DNA of 64,000 nt from Lama glama (taxonomy: Eukaryota), in the NCBI GenBank assembly GCA_028534125.1, contig CM052816.1, forward strand, positions 17,610,001 through 17,674,000, read 5' to 3'. This document shows, piece by piece, positions 14,000 to 25,660 of this stretch. The first letter of the stretch is position 1; each line of letters opens with the position of its first letter. Both the position numbers and the translations under genes were made by a program. The notes under the pieces were generated by a model. The model saw only the letters and a program-made list of their open reading frames with translations, was not told the origin of the DNA and searched no databases.

Positions 14000-14190
14000 A
14001 TGTGAAGCCCAGGGTATACATTTTTTCCTATAATCTTTATTAAGAATTCTTTTAAGGAAGTTAGTATCATCCCCCTTGTATAGAAGGGGCTCAGAGAGGT
14101 TCAGTAACTTGCCCGAGGCACACAGCCAGTGACTGGGACCACCTAAATCTGAACCAAAGGACCCTGTATCCCAAGACTGTGCTGTTTCCA
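14000..14190 (-). mobile_element. MIR SINE
   Basis: ggctcagagaggttcagtaacttgcccgaggcacacagccagt core. Confidence 0.8.
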
Positions 14191-15464
14191 AGCTTCTGTG
14201 CCTCTGGGGTTATTGTGCAAAGAGGCAGACGTTTTCACGTGAGGGTTCCTTGAGGGCAAGATTAATGAAGTCTGTGTGTCCAAAGGCACAGTGAACAACA
14301 GCTGTTGACAGAATGCCTGCAGTCTGCCAACCCCTCTAGTGAGGCTGGACCTGTGGATGGCAGGGAAGCCCTACCGTCTAAGTCCCTACTACGTGGCGGG
14401 CGTAATACTCGATCTTTCACCTGAGTTTTCTTGTTTAATCTTCATGATCAGCCCATGTGATAAATGGTCTGAACTCACAACTCAGTGAAGAATACGCTGC
14501 CAGAGGATACAGATTTAAAGTGGCAGAACCAGAGTTTGGGCTCATGTTTGAGCCTCTTAAAAACACATGATCACAGTCAGTGGGAATCATGCCATCACAT
14601 GCTCAGGCCACAGTGGAGAAGGAGCGTATTTTAGCAAACATTCATATTGTGCCTCTGCTCTACCAAGAAGAAAAGGAGTGGGCCCACTTGGGGAAAATTA
14701 CAGCCTTGGCTTAGAAGGGCAGGGAAGGCTTCTGGAGGAGAGGAGCTGGTTGATTTGGTTCCTGGGAGGGAGCTGGAGGGAGCTGGTGGAGAAGTGACTG
14801 GTGATGACAGAGTTCTCCAGACCAGTTCGGGGTGATCAGGAGAGACACGGAGCAGGTACCTGGTGCCTATTGCCCCGAGCAGGAGTTCTGGCGACTCTTG
14901 GGCACCCTTGGTCGTGGCCCACACTGTCTTCCCCTGCTCCACGTACCAGAACAAGGTTGGAAAGCCATCTCCATGAGGAGTTATGCCCAGGAGACTGATA
15001 AATGGCAGTGGAATGAATGATCCTTCAGTTTTTCCCAAGGATCAATTTCTTTTTATGTGATTATTTTCCCCCAAAAGAGAATTGCCTTTTAAAAAATATG
15101 TATTAATCATAAAAAAAATATAAAAGTAATTCCTACTTATTAGAAAAGAATGAAACTCTTCAGAAAAGCACAAGGAAGTAAAGAAAACATCCATGCTCTT
15201 ACTACCTGGAGATAACCGCAGTCAAAATTTCATATATATTTAGTGTTTTTTTTTAAAGTGCTTTTTTTTTTTTTCTTCAGTGCTTAAATGAACATGCCTC
15301 TCTCATAGCTGGCCTTTTCCTAAGTATTCTACTGTTTCACAGTCGTCTTATTCTCTTAACCGTAGCCCCTGTCCTCTTTATATGTTTCTACGTTTATTAT
15401 TTGTCATTGTTTCTAATGGCTGCTGAGTGGTCCGTTGAATGATTGTACAAAAGTTCTTAAGGTG

Positions 15465-15900
15465 GTTTATCAGTCAGGGTCCAGTTAGAGAAACAGAAAC
15501 CACATTGGGTGTTCTCAGGGGAGAGAGTTGAGTACAGAGTTGGGTTCATGGGAGATGGAAGAGCTGAGAAGAGCTGGAAATTGTTCCACTCCTGGGCTGA
15601 GAGGCACACAGGAAGAGGTGGTGGTACCAGAGGTCGGGAGCCAAGATCCTCTGGCAGGAGCCAGGACAACGGTGAGGGCTTCCCTGCCTGCACGGAGACC
15701 CCAGGGACAGCTGTCTGCAGGAGTAGGGTCACGGAGGAGACATAGTTACTGCAGAAGGGCCACTTGAAGCAGAGGAAGATGGCGGGGGAACACCCTGCAG
15801 CCGGAGGTCAGAGGAGTCTAGAAATGTCTTTGCCCCTGATACACAGCAGAGGAAGAGCAAGGAATTGTTCTGAGTTCAAACAGGCAAATGACTGGCATAG
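15465..15900. mobile_element. Probable old ERVL/MaLR-type LTR remnant
   Basis: tcagtcagggtccagttagagaaacagaaaccac opening motif typical of old eutherian LTRs. Confidence 0.5.
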
Positions 15901-17244
15901 ATGTGAGTTGGGTACATTAGTCTGAAGGCTTTTTGTGTGTCTGTAAAAAACTTGGTTGAATCAGTCAAGTGCTATCTTTTTAGCACTCTTGCTTGCCCTG
16001 CACTGGCTGGAGTCTGGTTGGGAATACAGAGCACTCCAGGCTGTTACCCCGGCTCTGTAGCTAAGTTTCTCAGGGGACATCATAAGAATTGCTGACGACT
16101 GCTGTTTGTTGAGCATTTACTAACTGCCAAGCACTGTGCTCAGTACTTCGTGTATATTATCATTTTAATCTTCATGGCTCTAGAATAGCATCCGGTTTCT
16201 TCTTGACAGTGATCTCATCCTGTCATTATGTAAATGCAGACCTCTTTCAGTGCAGGGTGAAAGTGCTCCCTGAATCAGCACTTGGCAAGGTCGCGGTGCA
16301 CGAGCCCCATAGTGCTGGGTTCTGGGCTTTAGATGCCTGCAGTCACCCTTCAGCACAGACGCCCCAGGGTCGGGCCAGGCATCCACCTGTTCTCCGTCCA
16401 GTCCCCGATTCTGAAGGTTGTGAGCTAGTCCACCCAGGCTGCAGTGGTTTTTATGATGTCTTCCCTGGGGTCTGCTCATCCTTACTCCCTGTGTCCCTGA
16501 AGTTTTCATCTGAAATTTTGCATTTTATCATCAAGTGTCAGAGTCTTCCTCTGCTTCCTACTTTTGTCAACCATTAAGCGTGCAACCCACAATGACTAAA
16601 AACTGTTGACCAGAACACAAACTCCATGCTGGAAAAAGAGGCCACAGCAGAGTAAACACACTGGAGTAGGATCAACTCACGATCGTGTAGTGGAGTGCAC
16701 ACTGGCTGAGAGACTCAGCTGTCCCATGAGCCGTGCTGGTTCTCTCTGCCTGGGAACGTGATTAGCTCTTGGAGAAAAATAGTTGCACATTACAGCTGTA
16801 CTGGTGGGGCTGGTGTATACAGACATTTTGGGTTGTTAGAAAAAGATTTCACAGGCCGTTGAAAGATTTCCGAAGCAGATGGGCTCTAGCATTAACAAAG
16901 ATCTGCTGCCCTTCTGGTCTGTGTGCCTCAAAACAAGGACTGTGTCTTTCTGTCTGTTTTCGCTTGATTTTCTTTCTAGCTCCTGGCACAGTATTTGGAA
17001 AAGCAACAAATACGTATTTGGGACTGAATATATAAACTGCCATATAAACTATCCTCATTTTACAACCAGGGAAATCGAGGCTCAAAGCAGTTGGATAAAC
17101 ATCCATCAAGTGATAGAGTTGGATAAGGATGGGGGTCTGTCTGGACACCTGAGTGGTCCTGCCTGAGGGTGTGTGTGAGCCCAGTGTGTTCCGAGACTAC
17201 TCAATTTTCCAGAGAGAGTAAACTCAGAGACCTGCAGTAGCACA

Positions 17245-18030
17245 AGGCTGGATGGATTCAGGTTTTGTGGGGTCTGAAGTTGATACCGTGTAGGGGGCCC
17301 TCTTAATGAAAAAGAACACTGAATTGTGTGTATACACACATTTAGAAGTAAAATTATTTGTTGTTGAGGCTGAGAAAGTAAATCGTTGCAAAATTACAAA
17401 TTTTATAAGGCCGGCACATATTGCAATTATGACCTAGTCCAGAAAATAACAGATTGATATTATAAGTTAACTGCCTGACACACCTCTGTAATAAATTTTT
17501 TTTTGCTACATGCTCTTTGGTTGCTTCTTTATATGACATTAATTTTATAACATCTTCAGAGAGATTAGAAAGATAATTCAGTCTTTCCTCTAACATGGCT
17601 GATGAAATTTGTTTTTTTATTTTTTTGTATATATATTTTTTTCTTGAAGTATAGTCTACAGTGTTGTGTCAATTTCTGGTGTGCAGCACAATGCTTCAGT
17701 CATACATGAACATACATGTATTCATTTTCATATTCTTTTTCACCAAAAATTACAAGATACTGAATATAGTTCCCTGTGCTATACAGTATAAACTTGTTTA
17801 TCGGATTTTGTGAGAATCCTCCTGCATTTCGAAATCAGAGTCACTCTGCCAGAGTTAAATAGGTGTTCTGTGCGATTCAGTGGGTCTGTAGATGTAATTC
17901 TTGGGGTATTTGTAGGAGAGGGCGAGCGGTGAGTCTCTGCTCTGCCATCTTGACACCTGCCCCGGGTTTGTTATTTTTGATGATTGGGTGCACGAAGCAC
18001 AAGACTTCTCACACAGATCTCTTCTGCCTA
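17245..18030 (-). mobile_element. hAT (Tip100-like) DNA transposon fossil with transposase C-terminal remnant, split by the L1 derivative
   Basis: ORF 17354..17596 MLEERLNYLSNLSEDVIKLMSYKEATKEHVAKK resembles the end of the hAT dimerisation domain. MER53-like terminus (ggattcaggttttgtggggtctgaag) at ~17253. An IKN-like upstream motif continues beyond 17967. Confidence 0.7.
17612..17963 (-). mobile_element. Short bipartite L1 derivative: ~160 bp L1 5' end fused to ~180 bp L1 3' end plus A-rich tail
   Basis: 17635-17801 is closely similar to the L1 3' end at 20400-20578. 17802-17963 reads on the minus strand GGGGCAGGTGTCAAGATGGCAGAGCAGAG..CTCTCCTACAAATACCCCAAGAATTACATCTACA, resembling laurasiatherian L1 5' termini. 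Flanks are tttgtttttt / tttgttattt. Confidence 0.8.
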
Positions 18031-18657
18031 CTGTTGGTCCTGCCGTACCCCAGGGATTCTGATTAATTTGATGTCATGTGACTCCCACCAAGGAAGGAAG
18101 GAATGAAGCTTGGGTGTTCGTAGGACCCTCCTGTTGGGAGAGAGCTTCCATTTTGAATAGACATTAACAAGTGCTGTTGGACATGTCAGATTTCTTACGG
18201 TTGTCCTGTGGCCTGGATTCTGTCTCTGTATGTCTCAGACCTTGTTTCTTCCCCACCCATGTGCTTCCAGTGCTGGGCCCTGTAGGACATGTTCCTATCT
18301 TGACCTGACTTCCAACACTGTTCTTAGGTGTTACCATGAAAGCTGGCGAATGGGATCATTACTGAAAGCCACCCTCATACCATGGTAATTTTGCCTAGTG
18401 GTAATTTTGCCTCTACATAGAAGTGCCCAGAAGCTGCACAGTCCATCCCGCTGAATCCTCCTTGGGTATATCTCCACCTGGTTCCTCTTGGTTGGATTCC
18501 AGTGGTAGCTGAACCAGGTGGAATGTGACAGAGGGGGCTGTGGCCTGGAAGGAGAGGAGGTCTTAATTGATTGTGGTAACAAGATCTTACTTCTACACAT
18601 TTTATGTAAACATGTATCCATGTGAGCACATTGCTAGGCCGTCTCAAGGTCCTGGAG

Positions 18658-18819
18658 GGAGTATGTTCATGCAGGGGCCTGAGGCTTATTACCTCATGAG
18701 TATGTGCACAGAGGGACCTGAGGCTTATTACCTTCATGAATTATGTGCACGGAGGGGCCTGAGGCTTATTACCTTCATGGAGTATGTGCACAGAGGGGCC
18801 TGAGGCTTATTATTTTCAC
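18658..18819. repeat. Minisatellite, 4 copies of a ~40-bp unit
   Basis: Unit ~gagtatgtgcacagaggggcctgaggcttattaccttcat repeated four times with few substitutions. Confidence 0.95.
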
Positions 18820-19154
18820 AGCATGTCTGCTTTCAGCCAGGGGAACTCTGGTCCCCTGGACTGCCATGGCTGTAGAAGTTTCTGTGGAGGAATTTGATTT
18901 GAGCTGGGCATGAAGGTGATGGGCCTGGGAGCAGCCTAAGGGAAGGAGCCATGTTTTATAATAATGGTCCTAATTCAGCGATCAGGAAGCCAGCAACAGT
19001 GAGCTGGAGGAGAGCAGAGACGATGGGTATGGCCAGCCTGAAACCTGCACGTTACTGATAAGAGTCATTGGAGCTGCTGACATTCATTGAGTACTTCCTG
19101 TGGCCAGGTTCTGTGCAAAGAGCTCCTCCTGCCTAATTTCAGTGAATCTCCCTG

Positions 19155-19537
19155 TTAAACATTGAATGGTGGCTTCCAGAAAGCTGTGCTGAAGCCCTAA
19201 CCTTGGATTTTGTGAGTATGACTTGATTCAGAAATAGTGCTTTTGCAGATGTAATCAATTCAAGGTGGGGTCATTGGAGTGGACTGTAGTACAGTATGAC
19301 TGGTGTCCTTGTAAGAAGAGAGACACACATAAGGGAGGATCTGTGTGACAGCAGAGGCAGAGGCAGCTGTAAGCCAAAGATGCCAGGGACTGCTGTCAAC
19401 CTCCAGAAGAGGCAAGGAAGGATCCTCTTCTACAGGCGTCAGGGGCAGCGCAACCTTGCTTTTGGATTTCTATTGTTTCTGTTGTTTTAAGCCACCCAGT
19501 TTGTGATACCATGTTACAGCCACTCTAGGAAACTAAT
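19155..19537 (+). mobile_element. MaLR solo LTR (MLT1B/C-like)
   Basis: tttgcagatgtaatcaa, atgactggtgtccttgtaagaagag, ttgttttaagccacccagtttgtg, ctaggaaactaata. Confidence 0.85.
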
Positions 19538-20383
19538 ATGCTTCCCAGTGACCACGTGAGGGAGAAAGGGTAAGTCACTCATTGAGGGCACACTGCTGGT
19601 CATGGTAACACCTGCTCGGCTCTCACCTCTCTTCTCTGGGAAACGCTGTCCTGGTGCTGTTTGTGCAGTAAGTGGATCACTGGCCCAGAGCAGCATGTGG
19701 ACTTCGCTTTTCTTTGGGCCAGGACAACCTGCCCAGCCAGCCATCAGGACGGGAGCATCTCCCTTGTCCGCTTTGCTGGTTCCCAGTGGCACAGATCCCA
19801 CCGTGGTGCCTTCTGGGAGACCTCCCTATTCCTATCACTATAAATAGTCCTATCCATGACTGCGCCACATGTTCTGCAGCTTCTGCCCCCCAGGCCTGCG
19901 CAACTCCACTGACATCTCACTGGACAGTTAAAACTGCTAAACTTGGCAAATCCTGTGCCTTCCCTTTGAGAGCCTCTGGAAGGCTCTGGAGGCCAGAGCG
20001 TTGGGAAGGAATGCAGCTGCAGCGGGGCTTGTGTTTGGCTGTTCACAAGGGCTTCTTGGCAGACCCGCTGTGTGCCAGGGCCTGTGTGAGGTGCAGAGGT
20101 TAACAGAGCATTGTTCCTTTCTTGCTCTCAGTGTTAGGTGTTGATTCAAGCCTGAGAACATCAAAGTCTAATTTCTTATGGATACAAATATTTCAATAAG
20201 TTTATCAGTAATATCTTCTCTGTTATCAGAAGGTAAAGGCTTTTTAATGTTTTAGCTTTTATGTATGTATGTATGTATGTATTTTTGCTCTCCTTGTTTG
20301 AAGTTTGTTTTCTGATTCAATAACAGTATTTTCAACCACCTGTATTTAGTGAGCATCTGCCTTGTACCAACCCTGTACCTGTT

Positions 20384-21511
20384 TTATTTTTAATGTATAT
20401 ACTTTTTTTCTTGAAGTATAGTCAGTTTACAGTGTTGTGTCAATTTCTGGTGTACAGCACAGTGCTTTAGTCATACATGAACATACATATATTTGTTTTC
20501 ATATTCTTTTTCACCATAAGTTACTATAAGATATTGAATATAGTTCCCTGTGCTATACGGTATAAATTTGTTGTTTATCTATTTTATATATAGTAGTTAG
20601 TATTTGCAAATCTTAAACTCCCTTCCCACCCTCATCCCTCATCACGTTAACCATGAGTTTGTTTTCTATGTCTGTGAGTCTATTTCTGTTTTATAAGTAA
20701 GTTCATTTGCCTTTTTTTTTTTTAGGTCCACATATTAGTGATATCGTATGGTATTTTTCTTTTTCTTTCGGGCTTAGTTCACTTACAATGACATTCTCCA
20801 GGTCCATCCATGTTGCTGCAAATGGCATTATTTTGTTATTTTTAATGGCTGAATAGTATTCCATTGTATAAATATACCATAGCTTCTTTATCTAGTCATC
20901 TGTTGATGGACATTTGGGTTGTTTTTTTATGTCTTGGCTATTGTAAATAGTGCTGCCATGAACATTGGAGTGCATGTATCTTTCTGAATTAAAGTTCTCT
21001 TTGAATATATGCCCAGGAGTGGGATTGCTGGATCATATGATAAGTCTATGTTTAGTCTTTTGAGGAAACTCCATAATGGCTACACCAAACTACATTCCCA
21101 CTAACAGTGTAGGAGGGTTCCCTTTTCTTCACAGCCTCTCCAGCATTTATCACTTGTGGACTTTTGAGTGATGGCCATTCTGACTGGTATGAGGTGATAT
21201 CTCGTTATTTGCATTTCTCTGATAATTAGCAACATTGAACATTTTTTCAAGTGCCTGTTGGCCATTTGTATGTCTTCATTGGAGAATTGCTTGTTTAGGT
21301 CTTCTGCTCATTTTTGGATTTTTTCTTTTTGTATTAAGTTGTATGAGCTGTTTATATATTCTGGAAATGAAGCCCTTGTCCGTCTCATCTTTTGCAAATA
21401 TTTTTTGCCATTCCATATGTTGTCTTTTTGTTTCGCTTTTGTTTCCTTTGCTGTGCAAAAGTTTATAAGTTTAATTATGTTCCGTTTGTTTATTTTTGCT
21501 TTTATTTCTAT
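20384..21511 (-). mobile_element. Young 5'-truncated LINE-1 (3'UTR + ORF2 C-terminus) with 12-bp target-site duplication
   Basis: TSD CCTGTACCTGTT at 20372-20383 and 21512-21523. ORF2 remnants [22 protein letters not shown] and [28 protein letters not shown]. Confidence 0.93.
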
Positions 21512-22639
21512 CCTGTACCTGTTCAAGACTTGGACATTGGGTGCTGAAAGTGACTGCAATGGTTCTAGCCTTACAACCCCCATTTTTATGCCCCAGGATG
21601 GAGTGACAGGATGGGAAACGAGGGATGCACTACTGAATTCTTTAAGTTTGTGTCATGAACCCCTGATAAATGTGAAAGTTCATGGGCACTTTGGAGTGTG
21701 TACTAAACTACTGAAATTATTTGTAATGTATGTGTGTGGATGTATGCTTTTTTTCCCTTGGGAGAGAACTTGTAATGTAAATAGACTTTCAGTGGGATCT
21801 AAAACAGATTTAAAGGAACCCTAAGGTCAATGCCTTTTATAAAGTATAGGAGTCTTCTACAATATGCATGCCCTCCCACAATTTAGTTTTTCAAAGCTAT
21901 TTAAAATGTAACTTGATTTTTCTCTTTGCCTTTACATCCGAATTCTAAGAGTCCATGAAGGAGGGCTAGCCTGAATTTCTGTTAGTCTGTTTATAGGTCC
22001 TGCAGTATTATTTAGTAGTAAGTTCAGGCCACTTATAAGATGCCTCTTCAAGAGGCAATTCAATTTTATAACGATTGGAAGCACATTGTTTTAGAAACAT
22101 CATGACCCTCAGCATTATGGGTCACCTGGAGGGTGCTTGTGGATGTCAGTCACCATACTTACAGCCCTTGCTATCCTCCCAGCATTTAAGTTATTCATCT
22201 GTGACTCTGAAACAGTACTGTTAAGGGAAAATTTGTGAATCTGGACTTGTCAAAATATAGACTTGAAATCATACTGATTTCCTTTATTGTCTAGATTGTT
22301 TCCACTTATGTACAGGAGATTGTGTAAGACATAGAATTATCTTGCCAGCAACATATATTTAGAAAACTGTGATTCTTTGTCTTTCTGTGTAAATAGAACA
22401 GAGCCATCCTGCTTTGTTGGGGAGGGAACGAATTGCCCTGTATAGGCCCTGGACATCCCAAGTGGGGATTGCAAGGCAGTAAGAGTCCAGAGGAGACAAG
22501 GATAAAGAGACCAAGGGGTCAGTTAGGGGACTGGAAGTTTCCCAAGGATATGTCTGTATTTCTTTCCTGTTTGGCTAAGGAAGAGCCTTTCCCTTTATCA
22601 AGACCTCATAGTCTTAGACTGGACTCCTAAAGAGGAGCA

Positions 22640-25005
22640 AACCCGTGGGTTTAGGTGTGCCAGAAGAAACTGAAAGGGAACTCACCCTTGAAAGAAGAGT
22701 ACTGCACTTGGTAAAATTTTTATCCCCTCCAGTCACGGCAGTTAGTGGGTAACACGTGGGTAGTTAGAAGTCAAGCAAAAAGCTGTGCTGCTACTGAGTT
22801 GGGGGGTTGAAAGACAGAGTTCAGAGCTGCCAGAACAGCTGGAAAATGAGGGGAGCTATTTCTGAACAGAGAGAACCACAGAAGGGGGGAGTACAAAAAC
22901 CACTGTGAACTTTGCCCAAATCATTGGCTGACTCCTGAGCTCACACGAATGGAGGAGACTCCAAGATTCTCAGCAAAAAGCAACAGCCTTAAGGCTGAAG
23001 AAATGGAAGTTTTAGCTCGTACCCATTGCAGGGGAAACTGAATTTGAAGTTTGAGTCTAGCCAAATTAACTGCTAGAACATAAAAATAAATACTTTCAAA
23101 AATAACGTAAAAGAATCCAGATCCTCAGCAATGTATCCTACTCAATATCCACTGTACAATAAAACTTGCTAGAGGAAACAGGAACGTATAAGTTATGGTT
23201 AAGAGACAAAGCAAATAAAGCTGAGTCTGAGATAATCCAGATACTGGAGTAAGAGAGAAATACTTTAACACAACCAGTATAAATGTGTTCAAAGACTTAA
23301 AGGAAAAAGTCCTAATAATAACAGACTGAGGAATCCAAGCAGAGAAATGAAAACTATTTTTAAAATGAAAATTCTAGTATTGAAAAGTATAGTATCTGAA
23401 ATAAAAAGTTTATTAGATGTTGTTAAGAACAGATTGGAAGTGGCAGAAGAAAGAGTCCCTGAACCTAAAGTTAGATCAATAAAAAATCAATCTGAAAAAT
23501 AGAAAAAAGATAGAAAAAAATAACAGAGCGTCAGGAACAGTGGGCAATATGAAGTCTAATATATATGTAATTGAAATCTCAGAAGGAGGGAGGGAGAATG
23601 AGGCAGAAAAGATACTTGAGGAAATAATGGCCTAGCATTTCCTAAAATTGGAGGAAGAAATGAACTTAAAAATAGAGCAAGCTCAGTAAACCCAGAGCAA
23701 GGCAAATACAAAGAAAGCTGCATGTAGGCACATTATAGTCAAAGTGTTAAAAACCAAAGAAAGAGAAATCTTGAAAGCAGCCACAGTGGGGAAAAAGACG
23801 CATTACTTATAGTGAGAATGATACTAAAAACCTGACTTTTTATTAGAAATAATGGATACCACATGGAAATGGAACATTTAGAATAGTAAAAGAACACTAA
23901 AAAAATTTGTCACCTCTTAAAATCTGTATCCAAGAAAAATATCCATCAAAAATGAAAGTGAAATATTTTCAGAGAGGTAAAAGCAGAACATTTGTCACCA
24001 GCATAACTGCACTGCAGGATATATTAAAGGAAGTTCTCCAGGCTGAAGGAAACTGACACTAGATGTCAACACAGATCTACAGAAATGAATGTCTTCTCTT
24101 GCTTTATTCAAAATCTGTTGATCTGTTTAAGACATATAGCTATTTAAAATAAAAAGTACACAGTGCATTTGGTATATAATGTATGTAGATGATGGATATA
24201 AAACATATGTACATATATTCATATTTATTAACATCAGCAATAGCTCATAGGAACAGAATAGGGGAGGGGGAAATGTGAGACCTGAGGTCAGCTGTATAAT
24301 TATTACATTAAATGTAAGTAAACGTTCACTTAAAAGGCAGAGATCGTCAGACTAGATAGAAAGGGAAGACAACTAAATGCTGTCTACAGGAGGCACACTT
24401 TAAATATAGAAGAATGGATAGGTTGAAAGCAAAAGCATGGAGAAAGATCTACCATGAAAAAAATAAGCTTAAGAAAACTAGAGTGGCAAATTAATATTAG
24501 AAAAACAAGGAGTATCAAGACAAGGAGTATTCTCTGAGACAAAGTGCGACATTCTTCATAATAAAAGTGTCGATTCACCAATGAGACCTAGCAATTGTGA
24601 ATGTGTATGTTGTGTGTGTGCTTGATAATATAGCTTCAACATACTTGAACAAAAACATACACCTATTGAGAGACATAGATTCTTCACTGTAGCTGGAAGT
24701 CTCAACCCTACTTTCTCAGTAATTGGTGGAGCAACCAGAGGAAAAACATCAGAATACTGAAGATCTGATAAATACTGCCAGCCATCTTGACCTGTTAGAT
24801 TTTTGTAGAACACTCGACCAAATAGAAGAGTATATTTACTTTTCAGGTGGATGTGGAACGTTTGCTGAGGGAGACCATCTTGTATCATAAAGTGAGGCGC
24901 ATCTTTCAAAGATTGAAATCTTAGAGTTCTTTGACCACAGTGGAATTGAATTAGAAATCCATATCAACCACATCCCAAATATATGGAAATTAAATCACAC
25001 TGTAT
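22640..25005 (+). mobile_element. Ancient LINE-1 5' portion (5'UTR, ORF1, ORF2 endonuclease remnants), 3' part missing
   Basis: A-rich, with ORF1-like gaaaagatacttgaggaaataatggc and aaatcttgaaagcagcc, and EN-like tgctgtctacaggaggcacacttta and tttgaccacagtggaattgaattagaaat. Heavily disrupted. Confidence 0.85.
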
Positions 25006-25553
25006 GTGCAGTCCCCACAGGAGCTCTGGGAAGACCCTATTCTGGTGTCCAAAACAGGACACCCTGTACTCGGAGTTGGGTATGGTCAGCCCACCACAAT
25101 GAGAGGGGAAGGTACTGACAGTCAACAAGTCCTCACTGCACACATGGTAGTATGTTAAAAAGTACCTTAGATGCACTAATTCATGGAGTCCTTACACAGC
25201 CATCTCTGAGAGCTGCGACTTCAGTGACTTGCTAGTTTCATGGCTACTGGGTGGGAGAACTGGGATTAGGGCCAGGTCTGTCTGGCTCTAGAGGCTCTTC
25301 TGTGAACCACCTTTAAGTATGGTCTCTTAGTCATATTTGTATGGTTGCGTTTCCTTTTTTGATGAGATTTTCGAACTATGGTCTTTTTAGATGAAAATTT
25401 GTCCATTGTCTACCCTTATAGCTTAAAGCTGTACGTTTCCCATTTTATGTAATGATTCTGTTTTTATTAAATTAAGTTTGCACAGAAGTCACCCTTTTGC
25501 ACCTTAGTTGAAGGTACCCGCTGACCCCTCTAGTTGTAGATGATATAATCTCT

Positions 25554-25660
25554 AACACATATGTGTACACACATATGGATGTATATATGTTGTGTATATG
25601 CACCCACACACATATGTATGTATACATGCATATATGTATCATACAAATAATATACACAAA
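25554..25660. repeat. Degenerate alternating purine-pyrimidine (CA/TA/TG) low-complexity tract
   Basis: acacatatgtgtacacacatatggatgtatatatg... Confidence 0.8.

Noticed and set aside
16345..16375. TTCAGCAC half-match to the REST/RE1 motif
   Set aside because: The second half-site (GGACAG) is absent.
18658..18819. CRISPR-like regular repeat
   Set aside because: Units are contiguous with no unique spacers, there are no cas genes, and the context is mammalian.
21258..21824. 188-aa hydrophobic ORF
   Set aside because: Antisense reading of the L1 fragment running into flank; hydrophobicity reflects T-richness.
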